DNA of 64,000 bases from Bacillales bacterium (lineage in GTDB: Bacteria > Bacillota_I > Bacilli_A > RF39 > UBA660), in contig JAEEJY010000005.1 of NCBI GenBank assembly GCA_016282155.1, positions 10,656 through 74,655 of the forward strand. The letters are read 5' to 3'. Below the pieces are notes generated by a model, which saw nothing but the letters and a program-made list of their open reading frames with translations, was not told the origin of the DNA and made no database searches. This document shows, one piece after another, positions 9,195-19,737 of the stretch (the first letter of the stretch is position 1; every line of letters begins with the position of its first letter). Both the position numbers and the translations under genes were made by a program.

Positions 9195-11384
9195 CTATTT
9201 TTTATTAATTACACTAATAATTCTATCTTTAAGACTAGTATTTCTTACGATATTAGATTCATTTTTAGCACAAGTTAAGAATGAATTTAAATCTCCTATA
9301 ACTATTAATTTTCTCTTAGCTCTTGTTACCCCAGTATATAGAAGTTTACGATATAGCATTCGTTTATAAGAAGGACATATTGGCATAACTACCATTTCAA
9401 ATTCACTACCTTGACTCTTATGAATACTAATAACAAATCCATGCTTAATTTTATTTAGTTCTTTAACAGGATACATAACTATATTCCCATCAAAATCAAT
9501 TTTAAACACTTCTTTACCTTTAACTAATTCAATAGCAAGAATTACTCCAATATCGCCATTATATACATTTAATTCTGGGATATTAACTAATTGTAAGACT
9601 TTATCTCCTACACGATAAATTATATCACCCGAAACATATTCGTCCTTTTTAGGACTCTTAGGATTAAATATTTCTTGTAGTTCATTATTTAAATTATCAA
9701 TACCATTTATTCCTTTATAGATAGGTGCCATTATTTGAACTCTCTTATAATCATAGCCTTTTATGATTAACCTCTTACAAATAACTTTAAGATTATGAAT
9801 AATTGAATTACTATCGCATTCTAAGAATACAAAATCATCTTTCTTTTCTTTAATAGTTTCACTTATTTCATTATCTCTTATTTCCATAGCAAGAGTATTT
9901 ATATAAGAATTTTCTTCTTGGCGATAAAGTAAATTTAAATAAACTGTATTAATCATTTCTGAATCAATTAAATCACGTAATATTTCTCCCGGTCCAACAC
10001 TAGGAAGTTGGTTATAATCTCCTACTAAAACAAGTTTAACATTACGTTTAATACCACGAAGTAAAGACGCAAATAAATTAGTATCTATCATACTTACTTC
10101 ATCAACAATAACAAGTTCTTCCGGATTAGGATTAAATTCATCAACACCAAAACGATTACTATCTTTATCCCATTTCAAATAACGATGAATAGTTGAAGCA
10201 GGATAAGCTGTTGCTTCACTCATACGCTTACTTGCTCTTCCTGTTGGAGCAAGTAAAGCTAATTTTTTATCAAATTCACCGATTGAATAGCCTTTTATAC
10301 GACGATATGCTTCAGTAATTGCTTTAATAATAGTTGTTTTACCAGTTCCTGGACCTCCCGTAATAATAACTATATCATTATTAATAGCAAGTCTAATCGC
10401 AGCTTTTTGGTCATCGTTATATTCAATATTTAAATCTTTTTCTATCGCTTTAATAATTAAATCTACATCTTCTACTTTTTCTGTTAATCGACTGGATAAA
10501 TAGGCTACTGTATCTGCAATATAGTTTTCATTATCAAACATATCTTTTAAATAATAATGTTTATTATAATAAATTATCTTATGACTTGTTTCTAGATCAT
10601 ATAAATAATTATCAAAATCATCAATTAATATTTCTTCATGTAAGTAATTTTCTAAGGCACTATAAATATTTTCATATTCTAGATATGTATCTCCTGATTC
10701 AAAAGTGAGACTTTCCATAACAAAAATTATACATGCTTCTATCCTCTTAGCTTTATCATGAACTAAATCCTTACTTGTTGCGATTAAATCAATCTTAGGA
10801 AAATTAAGTTCATCTAATTCAATTAAATCATAAATATTATTATTTATAATGTCTTTAGTACGTTTTTTAAAACGATTATAAATAATCATAGCTTCTTTAA
10901 TATTAAAACCTATCTCCGTTAAATATACATATATTTCATTACTTTCTTCATACTTATTTAAAGTATCAATGATTGTATTTTTCTTTTTTAAAGTTAATTT
11001 AGGTATACCATCTAATGCTTCATTATTATTTAAAATAATATTTAAAGCATCACTACCTAAGCGATCAACAATACTCTTTGCCATACTAGGACCAATTCCT
11101 GGGAATAAATCACTAGATAAGAATTCAATAACTCCTACTTTATCTGTAGGTTTTACTTTCGCATAACTCGTTACACTAAATTGTTTTCCATATTTACTAT
11201 GCGTTGTGAATTCTCCTGTAAAAGTATATTGATCATCGATTACTAGTTCATGGAAAAAACCCGTAAATGTTACGGTTGTATTAATATATTCTTTTTCACT
11301 ACATTCTTTTATTCGAAATAATCCAACAATATATCCTTTATCAGTTTGATATATTGTTTTTTTAAATATACCAACTATTTCCAT
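9195..11384 (-). CDS. recD2: ATP-dependent RecD-like helicase RecD2
   Basis: HSKYGKQF, ITGGPGTGKTT, LAPTGRASKR, IVDEVSMID, SIHKSQGSEF, LLYTGVTRAK. Confidence 0.95.
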   Translation of the reverse strand: MEIVGIFKKTIYQTDKGYIVGLFRIKECSEKEYINTTVTFTGFFHELVIDDQYTFTGEFTTHSKYGKQFSVTSYAKVKPTDKVGVIEFLSSDLFPGIGPSMAKSIVDRLGSDALNIILNNNEALDGIPKLTLKKKNTIIDTLNKYEESNEIYVYLTEIGFNIKEAMIIYNRFKKRTKDIINNNIYDLIELDELNFPKIDLIATSKDLVHDKAKRIEACIIFVMESLTFESGDTYLEYENIYSALENYLHEEILIDDFDNYLYDLETSHKIIYYNKHYYLKDMFDNENYIADTVAYLSSRLTEKVEDVDLIIKAIEKDLNIEYNDDQKAAIRLAINNDIVIITGGPGTGKTTIIKAITEAYRRIKGYSIGEFDKKLALLAPTGRASKRMSEATAYPASTIHRYLKWDKDSNRFGVDEFNPNPEELVIVDEVSMIDTNLFASLLRGIKRNVKLVLVGDYNQLPSVGPGEILRDLIDSEMINTVYLNLLYRQEENSYINTLAMEIRDNEISETIKEKKDDFVFLECDSNSIIHNLKVICKRLIIKGYDYKRVQIMAPIYKGINGIDNLNNELQEIFNPKSPKKDEYVSGDIIYRVGDKVLQLVNIPELNVYNGDIGVILAIELVKGKEVFKIDFDGNIVMYPVKELNKIKHGFVISIHKSQGSEFEMVVMPICPSYKRMLYRKLLYTGVTRAKRKLIVIGDLNSFLTCAKNESNIVRNTSLKDRIISVINKK

Positions 11385-11421
11385 AAACCCTCCTAATAAA
11401 AAGAAATCCTAAAAAGGACTT

Positions 11422-11649
11422 CTAATTAAATATTTCATTTAAATAACCTAATGCTTTATCAAATTCTTTATCATCATCAAGTCCAATTATTGCTTCTTCA
11501 CCATCTTGCATTATTAATTTACGAATACAAAAATCTTTTTCATCATTCACATTTGCTAAATATAAATAAGTATTTCCTTCTTTTTCAATTGTTTGAACAA
11601 CAGCATATTCAATGCCATCTTCTAATTTAATTACGTCTACTTCTTTCAT
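11422..11649 (-). CDS. DUF1292-like small acidic protein
   Basis: IEKEGNTYLYL...GLDDDKEFDKAL pattern. Confidence 0.65.
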   Translation of the reverse strand: MKEVDVIKLEDGIEYAVVQTIEKEGNTYLYLANVNDEKDFCIRKLIMQDGEEAIIGLDDDKEFDKALGYLNEIFN

Positions 11650-12221
11650 TATCTACCTACTCCTTGATATGATGAACCATCTAAGATCTCTTGTGCTTGC
11701 ACTAAATCAGAAGCTGCTTTTTGGAATGCTTTTACATCGAAGTTTCCTTCTTTATCAACGAAACCTTTTTCGCGATAATATTCTTCGAAATTATTATAAG
11801 TTACTAGGTTTTCATCTTTATTAAGTAAACTAACCCAGTGCATTACTTGATTCATTTCTTCCATACGATTTGATTGATTATATCCGATATGTCCATAAAC
11901 ACCATATACATTAGCATCAAACATTGTTGGATCTTTAAGTAATCCTTCTGCTATTTTTTCTTCATCATAATAATATCCTTGATTATCTGCTGTACGATGA
12001 GTATTAGAATTTACTAATCTCATAGCATAATCATTAGTTTGTTCTAATGTTTGACTTACTTCAATATTATTCATAGTTGTATAAACAGGAACGCTAAGTA
12101 ACATACCTGCTAAAGCACCAGCAATAAACATTCTTGCTAATGGTTTTTTTCTTTTCGAAACACGTACTGGTTCTTTTTGAACACTTTTTCTTCTTGCGTT
12201 TTCTATTTGTTCTCTACTCAT
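11649..12221 (-). CDS. Hypothetical membrane-anchored protein
   Basis: Basic N-terminus, one TM helix, 190 aa; RBS AGGGAGG. Confidence 0.6.
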   Translation of the reverse strand: MSREQIENARRKSVQKEPVRVSKRKKPLARMFIAGALAGMLLSVPVYTTMNNIEVSQTLEQTNDYAMRLVNSNTHRTADNQGYYYDEEKIAEGLLKDPTMFDANVYGVYGHIGYNQSNRMEEMNQVMHWVSLLNKDENLVTYNNFEEYYREKGFVDKEGNFDVKAFQKAASDLVQAQEILDGSSYQGVGR

Positions 12222-12264
12222 TTTAAAACCTCCCTTTACTATCTTAATTATAATCTATTTTGGC

Positions 12265-13527
12265 TTATTTTGCAATAACATAAGGGTATTCGACACTATC
12301 TATCTTTACACTTATATCATCATGTGTTAATTCCCTATCAGTTATATATTTAACATTTAAATAATTACCTGTATGCCCTATTAAAGCATTATCTTTTCTT
12401 ATCTCAGGAATAAAGACTACTTCTTTACCAATATATTTGTTCATATATTCAATTTCAAGTTCTTTAGATAATTCAATTATCTTTTTAACTCTCGCATGCT
12501 TAGTATTTTCATTTACCTGATTTTCCATAAGATCCGCTTTTGTTCCACTTCTTCTACTATAAGGGAATACATGAATCTTACTAAATTTAACTTTTTTAAT
12601 TGTATTAATAGTTTCGTTAAAATCTTCTTCTGTTTCATCCGGAAAACCAACAATTAAATCTGTTGAAATAGCAATATCTTTACGAATACTTCTAATTTCA
12701 TTAATCTTATTAATAAAATATGTAACATCATATTTACGATTCATATCTTTTAATGTTTTATCACATCCTGATTGAATAGGAATATGAATATGATCAACAA
12801 TCTTTGGATTGTTCTTAAGTACTTTCATAAAATTATCATCTAATTCAGTTATTTCAATTGATGATATTCTTACTCTTTCTAAACCATCTATCTTACATAT
12901 TCTTTCTAGTAAATCACTAAAATGAACATCATTATCAATATAATGTCCTGTATGAATACCTGTTAAAACAACCTCTTTATGGCCGTTTTTAACAAGAGTT
13001 TCAATTTCACTTACGACATCCCCGATTCTTTTAGAACGTACTTTACCTCTTGTATATGGAATTATACAGTAAGAACAAAAATTCTCACAACCATCTTCAA
13101 TTTTAACAAACGCTCTTGTCTTATTAAAATTATTTAATTTCATATCATCAAAAGGTACCTCATTCATATTTGGTATTTCACAAATATTTTCCTTTGTTTC
13201 AAGATATTTTTTGACATATCCAAGAACTTTACTTTTATTATGGTTACCTAAAATAATTTGTACTCCTAAATCAACAAGTGTATCTTTGTTAAGTTGCGCA
13301 AAACATCCCATAACAACAAAGATTGCTTTTGGATTATTACGCATATTTTGACGAATTATTTTAAGTGATTTAGAGTCCGCTGTATCTGTTACAGTACATG
13401 TATTTATGACAACAATATCCGCATCACTTTTAACTTCTTCATAACCCTCATTTAAAAAACTATCACGAACTACATTTGACTCATAAGTATTAACCTTACA
13501 ACCCAAAGTAACAATTAAAAACTTCAT
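12265..13527 (-). CDS. mtaB: tRNA t6A37 methylthiotransferase
   Basis: TLGCKVNTYES, INTCTVT, EDGCENFCSYCIIP, EVVLTGIHTG. Confidence 0.93.
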   Translation of the reverse strand: MKFLIVTLGCKVNTYESNVVRDSFLNEGYEEVKSDADIVVINTCTVTDTADSKSLKIIRQNMRNNPKAIFVVMGCFAQLNKDTLVDLGVQIILGNHNKSKVLGYVKKYLETKENICEIPNMNEVPFDDMKLNNFNKTRAFVKIEDGCENFCSYCIIPYTRGKVRSKRIGDVVSEIETLVKNGHKEVVLTGIHTGHYIDNDVHFSDLLERICKIDGLERVRISSIEITELDDNFMKVLKNNPKIVDHIHIPIQSGCDKTLKDMNRKYDVTYFINKINEIRSIRKDIAISTDLIVGFPDETEEDFNETINTIKKVKFSKIHVFPYSRRSGTKADLMENQVNENTKHARVKKIIELSKELEIEYMNKYIGKEVVFIPEIRKDNALIGHTGNYLNVKYITDRELTHDDISVKIDSVEYPYVIAK

Positions 13528-13578
13528 AAAAATCACCGTTAAGATTATACCACAAAAAAAGAGATTATCAAATAATCT

Positions 13579-14025
13579 CTAGTTTGCTCCTGTTGAACCG
13601 AAACCTGAGTCTCCTCTTTCTGTTTCTTCAAGTTCTTCAACTTCATTAAAAACTACATTAACATAAGGGATAAAAACTACTTGCGCAATTCTATCGCCAT
13701 TATTAATAGTTCTAGTTTCCTCACTATCATTATGAAGAGCTACGATATATTCTCCGGTATAATCATAGTCACATACTCCTACACAGTTAGCAGGTCTAAG
13801 TCCTTGTTTAGTAGCTAAACCACTACGGGCAAATACCGCTCCAAAAGTATCTTTTGGAGGTTGAATTGCTACTCCTGTACCTACTTTAATAGTTGTATGT
13901 GGAAGAATATCAATACTATCTTCTTCTAAACGAGCATATACATCATACCCTGCAGCATATTCACTACCTCTTGTAGGCATTTTACTATCTGCATATAATT
14001 TTTTGATATTAACTTTAGTTGCCAT
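13579..14025 (-). CDS. dut: dUTPase
   Basis: AAGYD, ARSGLA, DYDYTGE, GDRIAQ, RGDSGFGSTG. Confidence 0.95.
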   Translation of the reverse strand: MATKVNIKKLYADSKMPTRGSEYAAGYDVYARLEEDSIDILPHTTIKVGTGVAIQPPKDTFGAVFARSGLATKQGLRPANCVGVCDYDYTGEYIVALHNDSEETRTINNGDRIAQVVFIPYVNVVFNEVEELEETERGDSGFGSTGAN

Positions 14026-14026
14026 A

Positions 14027-14518
14027 TTAATCACAGTATAAAACTACTTCACCTTTCTTTTTAGTTTTTTTGATATCAATTACTCTTTGATTACTTGAAC
14101 CCTTCCATTTTAAATTAGGATTACGTAACGCTATTTTAAATTGACCATCAATCATTACGTCGATATAATCAAATATCTCATTATCTTTAACATTATCATA
14201 TAGGAATCCTGACCATAACCAAATATTTTTATCAGGATAAACTTCTTTAAATCTTTTAGCAAGAGCTGTAGCACCTCCAATATTAGTTGGATGAAGTGGT
14301 TCACCCCCTAATATTGAAAGCCCTTTAATATATGAATTATCTGCAAGTTTAATAACTTCATCTATTACTTCATCAGTAAATTCTAATCCACACTTAAAAT
14401 CCCATGTTTCTGGATTAAAACATCCTTCACAATGAAAGATACAGCCTTGGAAGAAGATAGATACACGTACCCCTTCTCCGTTAGCTATATCCATTTTACG
14501 TATTTTATTGTAACGCAT
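14027..14518 (-). CDS. nrdG: Anaerobic ribonucleotide reductase activase
   Basis: DIANGEGVRVSIFFQGCIFHCEGCFN, LGGEP, GSSNQR. Confidence 0.96.
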   Translation of the reverse strand: MRYNKIRKMDIANGEGVRVSIFFQGCIFHCEGCFNPETWDFKCGLEFTDEVIDEVIKLADNSYIKGLSILGGEPLHPTNIGGATALAKRFKEVYPDKNIWLWSGFLYDNVKDNEIFDYIDVMIDGQFKIALRNPNLKWKGSSNQRVIDIKKTKKKGEVVLYCD

Positions 14519-16704
14519 TAAGCATCTTTGTTATCTAAATGGATAACTCTTTCTTTAATTTCTTCAGTACGACCTTTATTCCAGAAATTAGTTCCAATAT
14601 ATCCACAAGTACGTCTTGCTACATTTAATTTGTCATGATCTCTATTACCACAGTTTGGACAGTACCATTCTAGATTATCATCGATTAAGATTTCTCCTGT
14701 ATAACCACAAGCTTGGCAATAGTCTAATTTAGTATTTAATTCAGCATACATAATATTATTATAAATAAAATCCATTACTTCAAGAACAGCTGGTATATTA
14801 TTAGCTAAGTTAGCTGTTTCAATATAACTAATAGCTCCTCCTGGAGATAATTTTTGGAATTCACTTTCTAAAGCAAGTTTCGTAAATGCATCTATTTCTT
14901 CAAATACAGGAACATGATATGAATTAGTAATATAATTACGATCAGTAATTCCTTTAATTACACCAAATCTTTCTCTTAAACATTTAGCAAATTTATATGT
15001 AGTTGATTCAATAGGAGTTCCATAAACAGAATAATCAATATCTTCTGCTTCTTTCCACTCTTTACATTTATCATTAAGTTTTTGCATAACAGCAAGTGCA
15101 AATTCTTTACCTTTACCATTATCTGTATGTGAATGTCCAGTCATGTATTTAACACATTCATATAATCCAGCATATCCTAAAGAGATAGTTGAATATCCAT
15201 GATGTAATAATTCATGAATTGATTCACCTTTTTCAAGACGAGCTAATGCTCCGTGTTGCCATAAAATTGGTGCTACATCACTAGTAGCTTTTGATAAACG
15301 TTTATGTCTAAGTTGTAATGCACGGTGACATAATTCAAGTCTTTCTTCCATAATATTCCAGAATAAATCCATGTCTTTATCACTAGATAAAGCTACATCA
15401 GGTAAGTTAATAGTAACAACACCTTGATTGAATCTACCATAGTATTTTCCTTTACCTGGAACATAGTTTTTAGCATGAGCAATATTTCCTAAACTAATTG
15501 ATCTATCTGGTGTTAAGAATGAACGACATCCCATACATGGATAACAATCTCCTTCACCATTTTCATTCTTTTTAAGTTCTAACATCATCTTTTCAGATAT
15601 ATAGTCTGGTACCATACGTTTAGCAGTACATTCAGCAGCTAATTCTGTTAAGTAGTAATATTTACCACCTTTTAAGTTATCTTTTTCAAGAACATATAAT
15701 AGTTTTGGGAATGCTGGTGTTACATATACACCATTTTCATTTTTCATACCAAGAATTCTTTGATGTAAGAACTCTTCAATTAACATAGCAAGTTCTTCTT
15801 TATACTCTTTAGTTTCACCTAAATACATACATACTGATAAGAATGGAGCTTGTCCGTTAGTTGTAGTCATTGAATTAATTTGATATTGGAAAGTTTGAAC
15901 ACCATCAGTAATTTCTTTCTTTAAGTCTTCCGCAACAAACTTTTCAATTTGTTCTTTAGTTAATTTACGAGCTTTATATTTTTTCTCATAAGCTTTTTTA
16001 CTATCACGAATAAATGGCGCTAAATGAGTTAAAGTAATTGTAGCTCCACCATATTGACTAGATGATACAGCTGTAATAAGTTGTGTTGCAATAGTAGCAG
16101 CTGTTAAAAATCTATGTGGTTTTTCAATCATAACTCCATTAACATTAGTTCCATTTTGAAGCATATCTTCAAGGTTGATTAAATCACAGTTATGAAGTGC
16201 ATTTTGTGCGAAATAATCAGCATCATGGAAATGGATAATGCCTTCATCATGAGCTTTTACAATATCTTCAGGAAGTAAAAATCTCTTTGTAATATCAGTA
16301 CTTGTTATACCAGCTAAATAGTCTCTTTGTGTTGTAACTACTTTAGCATTCTTATTAGAGTTTTCTGTATTCCAGTATTCGCTTTCTCCATCAATTAATT
16401 CTTTAATTGCTAAGTCAGTAGAATTACTCTTACGAACAAGTTCTCTTGTATATCTATATGTAATATAGTGTTTAGCAAGTTCAAATTTACCTATAGTCAT
16501 TAACTTAGTTTCAATAATATCTTGAATATCTTCAACTAAGATTCTCTTTTTACCTAAACCTTCTATATACTTAATAATATTTTTAATTTGAATAGATGAA
16601 GCTCTTTCACTTTCTTCTACTTCTTTATTTGCTTTTTCAATAGCGTTTTCAATTTTTTCAGGACAATAATCTACCATATGTCCATCTCTTTTAATTATTT
16701 TCAT
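14518..16704 (-). CDS. nrdD: Anaerobic (class III) ribonucleoside-triphosphate reductase
   Basis: N-terminal ATP cone (KIIKRDG), MGCRSFL, CQAC/CPNC zinc site, RRTCGYI glycyl radical motif. Confidence 0.97.
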   Translation of the reverse strand: MKIIKRDGHMVDYCPEKIENAIEKANKEVEESERASSIQIKNIIKYIEGLGKKRILVEDIQDIIETKLMTIGKFELAKHYITYRYTRELVRKSNSTDLAIKELIDGESEYWNTENSNKNAKVVTTQRDYLAGITSTDITKRFLLPEDIVKAHDEGIIHFHDADYFAQNALHNCDLINLEDMLQNGTNVNGVMIEKPHRFLTAATIATQLITAVSSSQYGGATITLTHLAPFIRDSKKAYEKKYKARKLTKEQIEKFVAEDLKKEITDGVQTFQYQINSMTTTNGQAPFLSVCMYLGETKEYKEELAMLIEEFLHQRILGMKNENGVYVTPAFPKLLYVLEKDNLKGGKYYYLTELAAECTAKRMVPDYISEKMMLELKKNENGEGDCYPCMGCRSFLTPDRSISLGNIAHAKNYVPGKGKYYGRFNQGVVTINLPDVALSSDKDMDLFWNIMEERLELCHRALQLRHKRLSKATSDVAPILWQHGALARLEKGESIHELLHHGYSTISLGYAGLYECVKYMTGHSHTDNGKGKEFALAVMQKLNDKCKEWKEAEDIDYSVYGTPIESTTYKFAKCLRERFGVIKGITDRNYITNSYHVPVFEEIDAFTKLALESEFQKLSPGGAISYIETANLANNIPAVLEVMDFIYNNIMYAELNTKLDYCQACGYTGEILIDDNLEWYCPNCGNRDHDKLNVARRTCGYIGTNFWNKGRTEEIKERVIHLDNKDA

Positions 16705-16760
16705 ACTACCCTCTCCTATACTTATGAATTAATTATAAATAATATTTTATTTTTTGTATT

Positions 16761-16774
16761 GTTGCACTTGCAAC
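16761..16774. promoter_or_regulatory. Palindromic operator candidate between divergent nrdD and Crp/Fnr gene
   Basis: GTTGCA-ct-TGCAAC perfect inverted repeat in an otherwise AT-rich intergenic region. Confidence 0.6.
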
Positions 16775-16815
16775 TTTTTAATAAAAATGTTAAATTTTTA
16801 TTAGAAGGTGTAAAC

Positions 16816-17457
16816 ATGCAAAATTTGTTTGAAGGAATTAGTAATAAAAATAAGGATAAAATCCTAAAAAGCTTAGAGGGTTTACCTACGAGGTTTACAA
16901 AAGGTATTAACATTATTTCTTATATGAATCGTAAAAATACGATTGGTATTATTAATAGTGGTAGTATTGAAATTAGTATTAGTAATTATAACGGTGATAC
17001 ATTTTTACTTGATGAATTAGGTCCTAACGATATCTTTGGTTCAGTTATATCATCTTCTATTCTAAATAAAGAATGTACTATTATAACAAGAGAAGAAACT
17101 AATATTACTTTCATTGACTTTGATAATATTACTAATAAAGAAATTGTTAAAAATGATTACTATATTAAGTTCATTGAAAACTTCTTAAAAATCATATCAG
17201 AACAAACCACTCTTAAAAATGAACGTATTGAAATCTTAATAAAAAAGACTATCCGCGATAGACTTCTAACTTATTTTGATATGATGGCTAAAAAAGTTGG
17301 GGTTCGAACATTTACTATTCCCTACAGTTTATCTTTCTTAGCAAACTACCTAGCAACTGATCGATCAGCTATGATGCGTGAAATAAAAAATCTTAATACT
17401 GACGGTCTGATTATTTCTAAAGGTCGTAAGATTAAATTAATGTATCAAAAAAAGTAG
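16816..17457 (+). CDS. Crp/Fnr family transcriptional regulator
   Basis: cNMP-binding-like beta domain (GPNDIFG), TIRDRLLTYF, HTH LANYLATDRSAMMREIK; start moved to ATG 16816 (RBS GAAGGTG). Confidence 0.9.
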   Translation: MQNLFEGISNKNKDKILKSLEGLPTRFTKGINIISYMNRKNTIGIINSGSIEISISNYNGDTFLLDELGPNDIFGSVISSSILNKECTIITREETNITFIDFDNITNKEIVKNDYYIKFIENFLKIISEQTTLKNERIEILIKKTIRDRLLTYFDMMAKKVGVRTFTIPYSLSFLANYLATDRSAMMREIKNLNTDGLIISKGRKIKLMYQKK

Positions 17458-17458
17458 C

Positions 17459-18184
17459 TTATAAGCTACTTCTAAATTTTTTTAAAGAATCTAGAAATTC
17501 ATCTGTTTCATCTTCGGATAAAACAGTTTTTTCTTCGACTTTTTTAACTGTTGGATAATTAGCAGTATTTGCTTGTCTACCATATATTGGTGAAATAAAA
17601 TCACTTGATTTAAATTCTGGTGTTGAAGATGTAAGTTCAACCTTTTTATATTCAACAGGTTTTAATCTATCACCATCTTCTTCATAAGTAGTTTTTTCAA
17701 TAGTTTCTTTTACTTCATTAACTGGTTCTTCACTTTGAAGAGCCATTTTTCTTTCTACTAATTCTTGATAACTAATTACAGCATTTTCTTCTTGATCTTC
17801 TTCATAACGATCAATCTTTTCATATTTTTGTCTTTCAATATCTTCGTTCATTGCCCCTAGTATTTCTTCAATACTTGATTTATTCTTTTCATCTTGCATA
17901 ATCTCTATTTCCTCATCTGTCTTATTTTCTTCTTGCTCTTGTTTTATACTTTCAAACATACTCTCTAATTTAGGAGCTTGTTCACTTATTTCTGGGATAT
18001 CTTCTGTTGCTAAAGCCATTTTAATATCTGGTTCTTTAGTAACTTTCTTTTCCTCTTTTACAACTTTCTTTTCTACTTTATTTCCTTTTAAAGAAAATAT
18101 AATGCATAGTATTCCTACAACAATTATAAGTCCTATTAAAACAAATAAAATAATCATATCTTGATTAGTTAATGAATCTAACAT
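17459..18184 (-). CDS. Hypothetical N-terminally anchored acidic protein
   Basis: One TM helix, long Glu/Lys-rich region, C-terminal amphipathic helix. Confidence 0.65.
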   Translation of the reverse strand: MLDSLTNQDMIILFVLIGLIIVVGILCIIFSLKGNKVEKKVVKEEKKVTKEPDIKMALATEDIPEISEQAPKLESMFESIKQEQEENKTDEEIEIMQDEKNKSSIEEILGAMNEDIERQKYEKIDRYEEDQEENAVISYQELVERKMALQSEEPVNEVKETIEKTTYEEDGDRLKPVEYKKVELTSSTPEFKSSDFISPIYGRQANTANYPTVKKVEEKTVLSEDETDEFLDSLKKFRSSL

Positions 18185-18188
18185 ATTA

Positions 18189-18893
18189 TCACTCCATAAA
18201 TTCATAATTAAATATACTTAAGATATATAAAGGTACAGTTTCAACACGCATTATACGATTACCTAAACTTACCCTTGTAAACCCAAGACTCACAAGTAAT
18301 TCTTCTTCCTTAGGAGATATGCCTCCCTCCGGACCTACTACTACATTAATTCTATCACAATTTTTAGTATGTTGCAAAAAGTTTTTTATATTTAAACTCT
18401 TTTCACTTGTCGAACAAATTATATTTAATCCAGGCATATCTTTTAACTCGTTTATAGAGTGAATTTTGCTTATTTCTGGGATATCAACTCTCTTCGATTG
18501 TTCACTAGCTTCCTTACATATTTTACTCCAGCGTTCTATCTTTTTACTTATATCTTTATTATCTAATTTAATAATACTTCTTTCCATCTTAACAGGAATA
18601 ATACTACTTACTCCAAGTTCAGTTGCTTTTTGAAGTATTAAGTCAAATTTTTGTTCCTTAAGTAAAGGAACTATTAAAGTAATAAATTTATCTTTTGTTT
18701 CTTTTTTAGTAAGTTTCTCTTTTATTAAAGCATTATATTCATTATCTAAAGTACAAATATACTCATTCTTATCATATACTACTTCAATAAGATCATTTTC
18801 CTTCATACGCATTACCGTTTTAATGTGATATAAATCATCTTCATTTAATATAAACTTATTATCAACTAACTTTGTACCAAAATATCTTTGCAT
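18189..18893 (-). CDS. rsmE: 16S rRNA m3U1498 methyltransferase
   Basis: MQRYF, HIKTVMRM, QKATELGV, EASEQSKR, VGPEGG, LGNRIMRVET. Confidence 0.95.
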   Translation of the reverse strand: MQRYFGTKLVDNKFILNEDDLYHIKTVMRMKENDLIEVVYDKNEYICTLDNEYNALIKEKLTKKETKDKFITLIVPLLKEQKFDLILQKATELGVSSIIPVKMERSIIKLDNKDISKKIERWSKICKEASEQSKRVDIPEISKIHSINELKDMPGLNIICSTSEKSLNIKNFLQHTKNCDRINVVVGPEGGISPKEEELLVSLGFTRVSLGNRIMRVETVPLYILSIFNYEFME

Positions 18894-18935
18894 ATAACCA
18901 CCAAAGATATTTTATCATAAAAAAAGCATAGAAAT

Positions 18936-19652
18936 CTATGCTTTACGATATTTACTTAATACTTCTTCAACACCATCTATTTCAATCTTATTAAGTTCAA
19001 CTAATTTATCGACTGAAGAAACTGTTGTGATATTGTATTTTAAGAATAAATCAAGAGCTTCTTTATTAAAGCTATTAGCGTTATAAGCTGTTTGATATTT
19101 TTCTTCTAAAGTCCATAATTCTTCCCCTACTTTAGCAGTCTTTTTAGCATATCCAGTTAATACTGGTGTTTTATATAAGATTGGTTCTCTTAATTTTGAA
19201 CCTCTAAGTAAGTTTATATTAAAGAATGGTAAAGACACAATATAAAGAATTATAAATACTAAAATATAATTTTCTACTATTCCTAGAACCATACCACATA
19301 TTTTAGATACAGGTCCGTAGATAATAGTAACTTTAAGTAATTTTTCAATTATTCTAAATAAGTAAGAAACTACTTTTACAACAATCCATAATACTCCAAG
19401 CACAATTACAAAGGCAATTACTTCATATAAAAGAATATTAACGATTGTTACTCCTTTTAGGACTCCTACAAATTTAAAGAATGGCAATTTAGTAAATAAA
19501 AATTCTGATAATGGATTCTTTAAAATGAAAGCTAAAATTACCGTTAAAATAAAACTAACAAGGGATACAAGTTCAGGAAGTAATCCTCTCTTAAAACCTA
19601 TAATTCCTCCAATAATTAAGATTAAAATAATAACACCATCTATAATATTCAT
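18936..19652 (-). CDS. CvpA family membrane protein
   Basis: IIDGVII...GFKRGLL; four TM helices; divergent from rnhC as in Bacillus. Confidence 0.85.
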   Translation of the reverse strand: MNIIDGVIILILIIGGIIGFKRGLLPELVSLVSFILTVILAFILKNPLSEFLFTKLPFFKFVGVLKGVTIVNILLYEVIAFVIVLGVLWIVVKVVSYLFRIIEKLLKVTIIYGPVSKICGMVLGIVENYILVFIILYIVSLPFFNINLLRGSKLREPILYKTPVLTGYAKKTAKVGEELWTLEEKYQTAYNANSFNKEALDLFLKYNITTVSSVDKLVELNKIEIDGVEEVLSKYRKA

Positions 19653-19737
19653 CTTATCACCTACTATGTAAATTATACTATAAAATATTTTAAAAATAAA
19701 GTCTTTATGATAGAATATAATTATAGAGGTGAGCGGT

